From assembly GCA_964245725.1 (NCBI GenBank), contig CAXTOC010000001.1, forward strand, positions 1-47,257: a stretch of 47,257 nt of DNA. The letters run 5' to 3'. Made by a program: the position numbers and the translations under genes. This document shows, piece after piece, positions 19,044 through 28,312 of this stretch (its first letter is position 1; each line of letters opens with the position of its first letter). The notes beneath the pieces were generated by a model, which searched no databases, was not told the DNA's origin, and saw only the letters and a program-made list of their open reading frames with translations. The stretch comes from an uncultured Acetobacteraceae bacterium (lineage in GTDB: Bacteria; Pseudomonadota; Alphaproteobacteria; Acetobacterales; Acetobacteraceae).

Positions 19044-20318
19044 ATGGCCGTCGAGATCATCTTCCCGCGCGTCGACATGGACATGAGCTCGGGCCGCGTC
19101 AGCCGCTGGCTGGTCGAGGAGGGCAGCGCGGTGGGCAAGGGGGAGCCGCTGTTCGAGATCGAGACGGACAAGGCGGCGATGGAGATCGACGCACCCGCGA
19201 GCGGCGTGCTGCGCGGGATCAGGAGCGCGGATGGTCAGGAGGTTCCGGTGGGCGCGGGCCTCGGCTGGATCGTGGCCGACGGCGAGGCGTGGCAGGAACT
19301 CCCCGCCACCGACGTCGAGGCGCCTGCCGGCAGGGCACCCGAAGACGCGCCGCTGCGTGCGACGCCGCTGGCCCGCCGCGAGGCCGAGCGCCGCAGGATC
19401 GATCTCGGCGCCGTGCAGGGCTCCGGGCCGCGGGGACGTATCGTCGTCGGCGACCTCGTGGCCGACGTGATGCCGCCACCCCCCGCCGCCGACGGCGAGA
19501 AGCGCGTGGCCAGCGCCCGCCCGTCGCACCCAGTGTATCGGCAATGGCTGGGGCTGGCGCGAGGCACGCCGGTCGTGTTCCTGCACGGTTTCGGCACTGA
19601 CCAGACGAGCTGGCGCGGCGTCTGGGCCGGTCTGGAGGCGACCCGCCGCATCCTCGCGATCGATCTGCCCGGCCACGGACGCTCGGAGGCGCCCGGTCAG
19701 GCGTCGTTCGGCGGCCTCGTCGATGCGGTCCAGGACGTGCTCGACGACGAGGGCATATCGCGCCTGCATCTCGTCGGTCATTCGCTGGGTGGTGCGGTCG
19801 CCCTGGGGCTGGTCGAGTCGGGCCTGTGCGATGTCCGCTCGCTCTGCCTGGTGGCACCTGTCGGGCTCGGCGCCGAGATCGACGGCGCGTTCCTGTCCGG
19901 GCTGACGCGCTCGGAGCGGGAAGAGAGCCTGGCACCGTGGCTCCGGCGCCTGTTCGCCGGCCCCGGGATCGTGACGCCCGCCTTCGTCAGGGCGACGCTG
20001 CGGAGCCGAAGCTCCGCCTCGAGAGGCTTCCAGGAGGCGCTGCGCGACGCGGTGTTCGCGGACGGCACCCAGACCATCGCGCTCCGCCACGTGCTCGAGC
20101 GGATCACGATGCCCACGAAGGTCGTCTGGGGGCTGCAGGACGCGATCATCCCGATCCGCCATGCAAGGCGCCTTCCCGGAGCGGTGGCACTGCATAGCTT
20201 GTCCAGCGGACACATGCCGCAGCTGGAAGAGGCCTCACTGGTGACGGCGCTGATCGCCGAGGTCACGCGCGCCGCGGTCGACGAGGAAGCGACCGTACTC
20301 GAGCCGGGCTCCCGATGA
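19044..20318 (+). CDS. AcoC-type E2: lipoyl domain, E1/E3-binding domain and alpha/beta-hydrolase-fold domain
   Basis: Lipoyl EIETDKAAME; ATPLARR…GSGPRGRI; hydrolase FLHGFG, DLPGHG, GHSLGG, WG.QD, GHMPQLE. Confidence 0.88.
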   Translation: MAVEIIFPRVDMDMSSGRVSRWLVEEGSAVGKGEPLFEIETDKAAMEIDAPASGVLRGIRSADGQEVPVGAGLGWIVADGEAWQELPATDVEAPAGRAPEDAPLRATPLARREAERRRIDLGAVQGSGPRGRIVVGDLVADVMPPPPAADGEKRVASARPSHPVYRQWLGLARGTPVVFLHGFGTDQTSWRGVWAGLEATRRILAIDLPGHGRSEAPGQASFGGLVDAVQDVLDDEGISRLHLVGHSLGGAVALGLVESGLCDVRSLCLVAPVGLGAEIDGAFLSGLTRSEREESLAPWLRRLFAGPGIVTPAFVRATLRSRSSASRGFQEALRDAVFADGTQTIALRHVLERITMPTKVVWGLQDAIIPIRHARRLPGAVALHSLSSGHMPQLEEASLVTALIAEVTRAAVDEEATVLEPGSR

Positions 20319-20363
20319 CGCCGCCTCTGGCCCGTTCCCGTATGCCGCGACGGGAGCCTGCGC

Positions 20364-21317
20364 CTATTGCGCCGGTCCACCGCTCGACGCGTCGGCGGAT
20401 AGAACCTTGATCAGCTCCGCCTTCACCGTCTCGGCACGGTCGTTCGCGATTTGGCACGTTCCGGCCGCCCCGTGGCCGCCGCCGCCGTAGCCGAGGCAGA
20501 CCGCACCGACATCGACCGATGAACCGCGATCAAGGATCGACTTGCCGATCGCGAAGACCGTGTTCTGCTTCTTGAAGCCCCACATGACGTGGGCCGAGAT
20601 GTCACACTCCGGAAACAGCGCGTAGATCGTGAAGCGGTTGCCCCCGTAGATCACCTCCTCGTCGCGCAGATCGAGGAGCGCCAGCGTGCCGTGCACCGTG
20701 GTGCAGCGACGGATCTGGGCCGCGAAGCGTTCGCGGTGGGCCATGTAGAGCTCGACCCGCTCCCTCACGTCCGGCAGCGCCAGCACCTGCTCGATCGTGT
20801 AGTCGCGGCACCGCTCGATGAGCTGCATCATGAGATCGTAGTTGGAGATGCGGAAATCGCGGAACCGCCCGAGCCCGGTCCGGGAGTCCATGAGGAAGTT
20901 GAGCAGCACCCAGCCCTGCGGGTCGAGGATCTCGTCGCGCGTGAACTGCGCCGAGTCGGCCTGATCGACCGCCGCCATGAGTTCCGGGCTGACGCGCGGG
21001 AATGCCCCGGCACCCCCGTAATAGTTGTAGACGACCCGGGCGGCGGAGGGGGCCGCGGGATCGATGACGTGGTTCGGGTAGGTGCGGCCCGCCTTGCGCG
21101 AGATCTCGCTGGCATGGTGGTCGAAGGCGAGGTGGCAGCCCTCGACGTAGGGGAGGTTCGTCACGACGTCGCGGGCCGTGATCGGCACGATGCCGTCCTG
21201 CATGTCCTTGGGATGGACGAACTTGATCTCGTCGATCAGGTCGAGCTCGCGGAGCAGCATGCCGCATACGAGGCCGTCGAAGTCGCTCCGGGTGACGAGC
21301 CGATGTTTCTGCGCCAT
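20364..21317 (-). CDS. DHH-superfamily phosphoesterase (commonly annotated 'exopolyphosphatase'/NrnA-like)
   Basis: RLVTRSDFDGL, FVHPKDMQDG, AFDHH, C-terminal GGGGHGAAGTCQ (DHHA1). The longer track ORF overlaps the MFS gene and is rejected. Confidence 0.85.
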   Translation of the reverse strand: MAQKHRLVTRSDFDGLVCGMLLRELDLIDEIKFVHPKDMQDGIVPITARDVVTNLPYVEGCHLAFDHHASEISRKAGRTYPNHVIDPAAPSAARVVYNYYGGAGAFPRVSPELMAAVDQADSAQFTRDEILDPQGWVLLNFLMDSRTGLGRFRDFRISNYDLMMQLIERCRDYTIEQVLALPDVRERVELYMAHRERFAAQIRRCTTVHGTLALLDLRDEEVIYGGNRFTIYALFPECDISAHVMWGFKKQNTVFAIGKSILDRGSSVDVGAVCLGYGGGGHGAAGTCQIANDRAETVKAELIKVLSADASSGGPAQ

Positions 21318-21370
21318 TGATCGTTCCGCGCCGTTTGTTGCCGCACGAAGATGGTCGCGAAACCCTAATA

Positions 21371-22726
21371 TCAGGTTACGAGCGGGCTGCCGGTCGCATC
21401 CTGATGGGCCGACCGTCGAAGCCGCGACAGCCGCCGCTGTGCCGCCAGCAACGCCACGATCGTCACCAGGGCGGTGAAGCCGAGGTACAGGCCTGGACTG
21501 CGCGGATCGCCCGTCACCCTCATCAGCCAGGTGTTGATGAACGGCGCGAAGCCTCCGAACATGGCGATGCCCAGCGCGTAGCCGACCGAGAGGCCGACGC
21601 CGCGTCGGCGGATCGGGAACACCAGGCCCATGAAGCCGGTCAGCGGCGCGTTGTAGAGAAGCCCGATCAGGGTGAGGCCGAACGGCAGCAGGAACAGCAT
21701 GACCGGGTTCGGCCATAGGGCGAGCAGCATGAAGGCCGGGTATCCCGCGGCCAGTACGGCCGCGCAGGACAGCAGCATCATGAGACTCCGGTGCGTGTCG
21801 TCGAACCACCCGGCGATGCGAAGCCGAAGCGGGGTCATGGCGAGCGTGACGACGTAGACCAGGAAGATCGTGCCCAGGGCGGACCCGGCCGTCATGTGCA
21901 GCTGGGTCATCGCGTAGGTCGGCAGGTAGACGACTAGGTAGGTCTGCGCGGTGCCGATCGCGACCATGCCGGCGGCGATGACGACGCCGCTCGGCGTCTG
22001 CGCTTCCGCCGCGACCTCTCGCTGCTGCGAGAGGAAGGTCGGCGGCTCGAGCAGCCGACGACGCAGCAGCAGCGCGATCGGCCCGGCCAGGACGCCAAGC
22101 GCGAAGGCGATCCGGAAGGCCTCGACGTGGGGCGACAGGGCCGGGTCCTGGCTGAGAAGCCAAGCCACTCCCGAGGCGAGCAGGCTTGCGACATACTGGC
22201 TGGTTCCCTGCCAGCTCGCCGCCCGCGTCTCGCTGCCGACCGAGTGCTCCATCATCAGGGCGGTCGAACTGCCGAACTCGCCTCCGAGGGCGAAGCCCTG
22301 GATCAGCCGCGCCGCCAGGATCCCCAGCGGCGCGCTGATCCCGATCGCGGCGCGGCCCGGCATCAGCGCGATCATGGTGCCGGCCAACGTCATCAGCTGG
22401 ACGGACAGGATCATGCAGGCGAGGCGTCCTCTGCGGTCCGCGTAGGCGCCGAGGATCAGCGCGCCGACCGGCCTGGCGAGGAACGAGACGCCAAAGGTCC
22501 CGAAGGTCAGGAGCAGCCGGGTGGTGGCATCCCTGCCGGGAAAGAAGGTGGTCGCGATCGAGGAGGCGAAGAACCCGTAGATGATGAAGTCGTAGAACTC
22601 CAGCGCGTTGCCGATCGAGGCACCGACGATCATGTGCGCCCGTCTGACGGGCGGCATCGCGCGGGGTTCAGGCGTGCGCGTCCAGGAGCCGGACCGCCTG
22701 TCACCTTGCATCTCCGGGGCGGGCAT
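21371..22726 (-). CDS. MFS transporter, metabolite:H+ symporter family (ProP/CitA-like)
   Basis: GNALEFYDFIIYG, FLARPVGA…YADRRGR, RLIQGFALGGE, GGFAPFI; start uncertain. Confidence 0.88.
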   Translation of the reverse strand: MPAPEMQGDRRSGSWTRTPEPRAMPPVRRAHMIVGASIGNALEFYDFIIYGFFASSIATTFFPGRDATTRLLLTFGTFGVSFLARPVGALILGAYADRRGRLACMILSVQLMTLAGTMIALMPGRAAIGISAPLGILAARLIQGFALGGEFGSSTALMMEHSVGSETRAASWQGTSQYVASLLASGVAWLLSQDPALSPHVEAFRIAFALGVLAGPIALLLRRRLLEPPTFLSQQREVAAEAQTPSGVVIAAGMVAIGTAQTYLVVYLPTYAMTQLHMTAGSALGTIFLVYVVTLAMTPLRLRIAGWFDDTHRSLMMLLSCAAVLAAGYPAFMLLALWPNPVMLFLLPFGLTLIGLLYNAPLTGFMGLVFPIRRRGVGLSVGYALGIAMFGGFAPFINTWLMRVTGDPRSPGLYLGFTALVTIVALLAAQRRLSRLRRSAHQDATGSPLVT

Positions 22727-22891
22727 GGCTCGGCCTCTAAGGTTCTCGACGATGACGAAGCAGGTCTCATGCCAGCGGGGATCTCCGCCTCCCGCATGAG
22801 GCATCTTACGGGGATGGACCGGTCGCGCTAGACCAGCCTTCCCCGATCGCGAGGCAGCATGCTCCAGATCCTTCGCGGCAGCTCCTGCTAG

Positions 22892-24400
22892 ATGGCGGAT
22901 CGGCCGGATCTCGCCGCCGCGCATCAGCAGCGCCCGCGTCGCGAGCTGCGCCTCGTGCTCACGGGGCTGATGCTGGCGCTCACGCTCGCGGCCCTCGACC
23001 AGAACATCGTGGCCACCGCGCTGCCGCGCATCACCGGCGATCTCGGCGGCCTGCAGCACCTGTCCTGGGTGGTGACGGCGTTCGTCGTGGCGAGCACCGT
23101 CTCCGCACCGCTCTACGGCCGGCTCAGCGACCTCTATGGGCGCAAGCCTGCCTTCACCCTGTCCATCGCGGTGTTCCTGCTCGGCTCGATGCTGTGCGGC
23201 CTGGCCGACGGCATGATGCAACTGATCGTCTTCCGCGCCGTGCAGGGCCTCGGCGCCGGCGGCCTGATCGTGCTGGCGCAGACGGTGATCGGCGACCTGG
23301 TGTCGCCGCGCGAGCGTGGCCGCTACCAGGGGCTGTTCGCCGCCGTGTTCGCCGCATGTTCGGTCGCCGGGCCGCTGCTGGGCGGCTTCATCACGGAATA
23401 CGCTTCCTGGCGTTGGATCTTCTACGTCAACCTGCCGGTCGGCGCCGCGGCTCTGGGGCTGATCGCCGTCGGGCTCAGGCCGCGTCCGCCGGGCCCGGCG
23501 CCGCAGCTGGACCTGCTCGGCGCCGCCCTGCTGGTGGCGGGCACATGCTGCCTGCTGCTGGTGCTCAGCTGGGGCGGGAGTGCCTACGCTTGGTCGTCGG
23601 CGCCTATCCTGGGTCTGTCGGCGGCCGCGCTCGCCGCCTTTACCGCGCTGGCGCTGGTGGAGCAGCGGGCGGCGCAGCCGATCTTGCCGCCCGACCTGTT
23701 CGCCAATCGGGTCTTCGTGATCGCCACGATGGTGATCGCGCTGGCGGCGACGGCACTGTTCGCGGCCGTCGTGTTCCTGCCCCTGATGTTCCAGCTCCTG
23801 ATGGGAGCGAGCCCGTCGCGCGCCGGCCTGATGATGTCGCCGATGATGGGGGGCGTGATCGTCGCGTCCTTTGTCGGCGGCCGCATGGTCTCGCGTACCG
23901 GCCGCTACAAGCTGTTTCCCGTGTTCGGGCTCTGTGCCGCCACGCTCTCCTACGGCGCGCTGACATGGGCGGTGCGGGCCGGCACCGGAACGCTGCCGAT
24001 CGAGGCCGTGCTGGTGGTGATGGGATTGGGTATCGGCTTCGTCATGCCCATCCTGACCACGGCGATCCAGAACGCGGTGCGGCGTGACGAACTCGGTGGC
24101 GCCACCGCGACCGCGGCGTTCTTCCGCTCGCTCGGCGGTGCGCTCGGCGTCGCCCTCTCCGGCGCCGTGCTCGCCGCGCGTCTGCGCGATCTGCCGATCG
24201 GGCTGCAGGTGCCCGCGGGCGGGGTTGCGGGGATCATCGGCCTGCCCACGGCTCAGCGCGTGGCGATGCTCGACGCCTACCGCGAAGGGCTTTCCAGCGC
24301 CTTTGCTGCCGGGGCGGCGATCGCGGCACTCGGTCTCGTGACGGTGCTGTTCCTGCCGGAACGGCCGCTGCGGGCGGCGCGCGTCGACGAGGCGCGCTGA
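22892..24400 (+). CDS. MFS drug:H+ antiporter, DHA2 (EmrB/QacA) family
   Basis: LDQNIVATALP, YGRLSDLYGRK, RAVQGLGAGG, GPLLGG, WRWIFYVNLPVG; about 14 TM. Confidence 0.92.
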   Translation: MADRPDLAAAHQQRPRRELRLVLTGLMLALTLAALDQNIVATALPRITGDLGGLQHLSWVVTAFVVASTVSAPLYGRLSDLYGRKPAFTLSIAVFLLGSMLCGLADGMMQLIVFRAVQGLGAGGLIVLAQTVIGDLVSPRERGRYQGLFAAVFAACSVAGPLLGGFITEYASWRWIFYVNLPVGAAALGLIAVGLRPRPPGPAPQLDLLGAALLVAGTCCLLLVLSWGGSAYAWSSAPILGLSAAALAAFTALALVEQRAAQPILPPDLFANRVFVIATMVIALAATALFAAVVFLPLMFQLLMGASPSRAGLMMSPMMGGVIVASFVGGRMVSRTGRYKLFPVFGLCAATLSYGALTWAVRAGTGTLPIEAVLVVMGLGIGFVMPILTTAIQNAVRRDELGGATATAAFFRSLGGALGVALSGAVLAARLRDLPIGLQVPAGGVAGIIGLPTAQRVAMLDAYREGLSSAFAAGAAIAALGLVTVLFLPERPLRAARVDEAR

Positions 24401-24413
24401 GCCGGCAGTCCGG

Positions 24414-25016
24414 CTATCCCGCCATCGCCAACGGGCGCGTGCGGCGCGCCGCGTCGATCTCGCGCACTCGGCCGCCCTCTTCCATGAACGCCGCGAGATG
24501 CGGCTTTTGGTCGAGCTGCAGCCGGTGCAGGGCGTGCGTCGCCGCCACCAGCGTGCCGCGGCGCCCCAGCCGCCTGTCCCCGAGCTCGATCAGCCGGAGG
24601 TTCGGCCACGCCTTCTCGCGAAGCTCGTAGATCGCGCGCAGGATCGTCTCCGCCGAGTGCTCCGGCATCGCCTGGGCCAGGATCAGCGCCATCGAGGCGG
24701 TCGAGCGCGAGACGCCGGCATGGCAGTGCACGAGCAGGTGCGCCGCGGCGGTGCGTTCGGCCTGCAGGTCTCGCGCGAAGGTCAGGATGGCGTCGACATG
24801 CTCGGGCTGCGGCGCGATCTGCCCGGCGTCCGGCTCGATGATGTCGTGGAACCGCAGCTCCAGCCGGGCATGTTCGCCGTAGCTGCCGAAAGCTTCCGGG
24901 ACCGGATAGTCCGGATCGAGGATCGACAGCACGTGGCTGGCATGGGTGCTGCAGTGCCCGTCCAGCTCGTCGATGCCGCAGACGGTGATGCCGAAAGGTG
25001 GTGCGGCGCTGGCCAT
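24414..25016 (-). CDS. Cys-based protein-tyrosine/dual-specificity phosphatase-like protein
   Basis: P-loop HCHAGVSRS (CX5R), LRFHD, WPN; GGAGG RBS before ATG 25016. Confidence 0.85.
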   Translation of the reverse strand: MASAAPPFGITVCGIDELDGHCSTHASHVLSILDPDYPVPEAFGSYGEHARLELRFHDIIEPDAGQIAPQPEHVDAILTFARDLQAERTAAAHLLVHCHAGVSRSTASMALILAQAMPEHSAETILRAIYELREKAWPNLRLIELGDRRLGRRGTLVAATHALHRLQLDQKPHLAAFMEEGGRVREIDAARRTRPLAMAG

Positions 25017-25068
25017 CGACTTGACCCCTCCATCGCCGCCCGCACACGGCACCGGCCGAAGCGGATGG

Positions 25069-26328
25069 TCAGGCGCGACCGTGCGAGACGCGCGACCGGC
25101 GCGCGAGCGAGTCGACGATGACCGCGATGGCGAGCACGCCACCAGTGATCATGTAGCGAAGCGACGACGAGAGGTCGAGCAGCGTCAGCCCGCTCGCGAT
25201 CGACTCGATGACGATGATGCCGAGCAAGGCCGAGTACGCGCTGCCCCGGCCGCCGAACAGGCTCGTTCCGCCGATCACCGCCGCCGCGATGGCATCGAGA
25301 TTGACGTCACCCGTGCCCGCCTGCTGGCTTGCGGAGGCGAGCCGGGCCGAGGCAAGCACGCCGCCGATCGCGGCGAGCACCGAGCAGAGCACGAAGGCGC
25401 TCGTATAGATCAGCCGCACGTTGATGCCGGAACGGCGTGCCGCCTCCCGATTGCCGCCGACTGCGGTGATCCAGCGCCCCCACTTGGTCCGCGTCAGCGC
25501 GTAGTCCAACGCCACCACCAAGCCGACGAAGAGGCCGAACATCCACGGCACGCCGCGGTCCTGGTTGAGGTAGAAGACGATCAGCTCGAGCACGACCGTA
25601 AGCACGACCGCACGGATCAGCAACGCGTTGAGGGACTTCGAGGACAGGCCGGCGCCGCGGCGTCGCGCTGCGGTACGATAGCCGGTCATGAACGTGGCGA
25701 TACCCGGTATTACCGCGATGACGTAGGCGAGGAGGCGCGGGATGAACAGCGATTGGCCGAAATTCACCATCGGCGAGCCGTAGGGGAGATTGATCGATCC
25801 GCTCTGGCCGAGGATGTAGAGCTGCAGCCCGAGGATGGCGAGCAGGCCCGCCAGCGTGGAGACGAAGCTCGGCATCCCGAACCGGTTGAACAGCAACGCG
25901 TACAGGAAGCCGATCAGGGCACCCGCCGCCATCGCGGCGAAGACCGCGAGCCATACCGGCAGGCCCTGGTTGACCCAGAGCACGCCCACCGCCGCCGAGG
26001 CGAACCCGCTGACCGAGCCCACCGAAAGGTCGATCTCGCCGACCATCAGGATGCAGACGATGCCGAGCGAGATCACGCCCACCGTCGAGGAGTCGAAGAG
26101 CAGGTTGACGAGATTGTTGCTCGAGAGGAAGACCGGCTGGAGGCTCTCGAACACCGTCCAGATGATCGCCAGTCCGACGACCACCGGCAACGCGCCGAGT
26201 TCGCCCGAACGCACGCGGTCGCCGAAGGCGCGGATCGCGCCGCCCACTCCGGTCTCGTGCTTGACCCGCACGTCGCTGCGATCGAGTAGCGGCACCGCCG
26301 ATGCCGCATTCTTGTTGTCGCCGCTCAC
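25069..26328 (-). CDS. Sugar ABC transporter permease (XylH-like)
   Basis: GEIDLSVGS, PSFVSTL, AVGGNREAARRSGI, AAAVIGGTSLFGGRG; GTG start overlaps the upstream TGA (GTGA). Confidence 0.92.
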   Translation of the reverse strand: MSGDNKNAASAVPLLDRSDVRVKHETGVGGAIRAFGDRVRSGELGALPVVVGLAIIWTVFESLQPVFLSSNNLVNLLFDSSTVGVISLGIVCILMVGEIDLSVGSVSGFASAAVGVLWVNQGLPVWLAVFAAMAAGALIGFLYALLFNRFGMPSFVSTLAGLLAILGLQLYILGQSGSINLPYGSPMVNFGQSLFIPRLLAYVIAVIPGIATFMTGYRTAARRRGAGLSSKSLNALLIRAVVLTVVLELIVFYLNQDRGVPWMFGLFVGLVVALDYALTRTKWGRWITAVGGNREAARRSGINVRLIYTSAFVLCSVLAAIGGVLASARLASASQQAGTGDVNLDAIAAAVIGGTSLFGGRGSAYSALLGIIVIESIASGLTLLDLSSSLRYMITGGVLAIAVIVDSLARRSRVSHGRA

Positions 26329-27146
26329 GGCCGGTCCTCCTGCGTGTGCTCGCGCTGCGCCTGACGCCGGCCGGATCGGCGAGATACGGAGTTGTCGGAT
26401 GCTCCGGTGATGGCGCTGACCAGTTCCTGGTTCGAGGCGTCGGGATAGAACACGCCGTTGTTGCGGCCGAGGCGCAGCACGACGATGCGGTCGGCGACGG
26501 CGCGAACGTCCTCCATGTTGTGGCTGATCATGATGACGCCGAGACCACGGTCGCGGACGCGCTCGATCAGGTCCAACACCTCGGCGGTCTGCGCGACCCC
26601 AAGCGCCGCGGTCGGCTCGTCGAGCAGGATGAGCTTCGGGTCGAGCAGAAGCGACCGGGCGATCGCGACCGTCTGCCGCTGACCGCCGGACAGTGAACTG
26701 ACCGCCTCGCGGACGCTCGGGATGCGCGCCGACAGCTCGCGGAGCAGCGTCCAGGCCCGGGTCTCCATCGACACCTCGTCCATCTGCAACGGATGGATCT
26801 CCTTGCCGAGGAAGATGTTGGCGACCACGTCCAGGTTCTCGCACAGTGCCAGGTCCTGGAACACGGTCGCGATGCCGAGCGAGAGCGACGCGCTCGGGTC
26901 GGCGAGGATCACTTCGTTGCCGCGGAACGTCATGGTTCCGGCACTCGGCTGGTGCACGCCGGCAAGGATCTTGATTAAGGTCGACTTGCCGGCACCGTTG
27001 TCGCCGACGAGGGCGACGACCTCACCGGCACGCACCTCGAGATCGATGTCGGTGAGTGCGGAGACGGCACCGAAATGCTTGGAGATGCCGCGCAGGCTGA
27101 GCACCAGCTCGCCCGGAGGCACCGGTCGCTGCAACGTGTCTGTCAT
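26325..27146 (-). CDS. Sugar ABC transporter ATP-binding protein (single domain)
   Basis: GDNGAGKST, LSGGQRQ, LLDEPT, ISHN; alternative GTG start at 27152. Confidence 0.93.
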   Translation of the reverse strand: MTDTLQRPVPPGELVLSLRGISKHFGAVSALTDIDLEVRAGEVVALVGDNGAGKSTLIKILAGVHQPSAGTMTFRGNEVILADPSASLSLGIATVFQDLALCENLDVVANIFLGKEIHPLQMDEVSMETRAWTLLRELSARIPSVREAVSSLSGGQRQTVAIARSLLLDPKLILLDEPTAALGVAQTAEVLDLIERVRDRGLGVIMISHNMEDVRAVADRIVVLRLGRNNGVFYPDASNQELVSAITGASDNSVSRRSGRRQAQREHTQEDRP

Positions 27147-27188
27147 CCGCACTCAACCTCATTTCATGAACACAGCGCGATGGAACAG

Positions 27189-27227
27189 GGATCATCCGGC
27201 TGCCATGGTTCGACAGCCGGACGATCC
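27189..27227 (-). terminator. Intercistronic stem-loop after the binding-protein gene (mRNA stabiliser or partial terminator)
   Basis: 14-bp arms GGATCATCCGGCTG / CAGCCGGACGATCC. The single mismatch becomes a G-U pair in the minus-strand mRNA. Confidence 0.55.
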
Positions 27228-27232
27228 TGCGC

Positions 27233-28312
27233 TCAGGGATTGATGCCGAGCTTGGTGCAGCCGGCAGCGTAGCGGTCGGTGCAGAGCACCGAGGCGGTCT
27301 CGATCGGCTTTCCGTTGACCTGCTTGTCGACGATCTCGGCCTTCAGGTTGCCGGTCGTGACCAGCGTCGGCAGGAACAGCTGGGTCGGCGTGCCAAACAA
27401 GGTGGTGCCGGCCTTGGGCGTCTGGCCGCCGAGCAGCTGGACGGCGACATCCGCCGCCGCCGCGGCGACGATCTCGCTCGGCTTGGAGATGGTGTTGTAC
27501 TGGTCGCCGGCGATGATGAGCTGCAGCCCGGCGATCGTCGCATCGTTGCCGGTGACCGGCGGGACCGGATCGACGCCGGCTGCCTTGAATGCGGCGACCG
27601 CTCCGCCGCCGGTGCCGTCGTTGGCGGCGACGACGCCGACGATCTTCTTGTTGAAACGCGAGATCTGGCCGCTGACCCACTGCTGGGCCTTGGCGGGCGT
27701 CCAGTCCGGCGTGTCGTATTCGGCCAACGTCCGGTAGCCGCTGCCGGCGAGGCCCTCGTGCACGCCCTTCTTGATCAGGCCGGCCGCCGCGTCTGTCGGG
27801 GAGCCGTTGACCTCGAGCAGCCCGACGCCGCTCATCGGCACGTGCATCGCCTTCAGGTGCCGCACCAGCGATTGCGCGATGACCTTGCCGATCTGCTCGT
27901 TGTTGAAGGAGACGTAGTAGTCGGCCTTGGCGGACGGAATCGGCCGGTCATAGGCGATCACCTTGACGCCCTGGGCCTGGGCCTGCTTGACCAGGGAGGC
28001 AGCCGCGGTCGAGTCGACCGGATCGATGATGATCGCCTTGGCGCCCTGCGAGATGACCGAATTGAACTGCTGCTGCTGACGCGCGGCATCGGCGTCCGCG
28101 TTCTGATACAGCACAGTGCAGCTCGGGCACTGCTTCTTCATTTCGGCTACGAAGCCAGGACGATCGTGTTCCTCGTAGCGAGTCGAGCCCTCGTCCGGCA
28201 TGAGGAAGCCTATCTTGACGTTGGAGACCGTCGCGGCGAATGCAGCCGTCCCACCGAGCAGATTCAGGACAAGTGCGGCCGCGCCGACCGGTCTCCATGC
28301 AACTAACTTCAT
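27233..28312 (-). CDS. Sugar ABC transporter binding protein (XylF/ChvE-like)
   Basis: Signal peptide; IGFLMPD…RYE, YQNA, VIAYDR, YVSFNN, GSPTD, AANDG, VTGND, TISKP; GGAGG RBS. Confidence 0.92.
   Translation of the reverse strand: MKLVAWRPVGAAALVLNLLGGTAAFAATVSNVKIGFLMPDEGSTRYEEHDRPGFVAEMKKQCPSCTVLYQNADADAARQQQQFNSVISQGAKAIIIDPVDSTAAASLVKQAQAQGVKVIAYDRPIPSAKADYYVSFNNEQIGKVIAQSLVRHLKAMHVPMSGVGLLEVNGSPTDAAAGLIKKGVHEGLAGSGYRTLAEYDTPDWTPAKAQQWVSGQISRFNKKIVGVVAANDGTGGGAVAAFKAAGVDPVPPVTGNDATIAGLQLIIAGDQYNTISKPSEIVAAAAADVAVQLLGGQTPKAGTTLFGTPTQLFLPTLVTTGNLKAEIVDKQVNGKPIETASVLCTDRYAAGCTKLGINP

Noticed and set aside
17007-20318. Housekeeping pyruvate dehydrogenase
   Set aside because: E2 lacks the 2-oxoacid acyltransferase domain, no E3 is present, and the genes are embedded in a catabolic operon
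20364-22163. 599-aa ORF suggesting an extended DHH protein
   Set aside because: The family N-terminus starts at 21317; the extension overlaps the MFS gene out of frame
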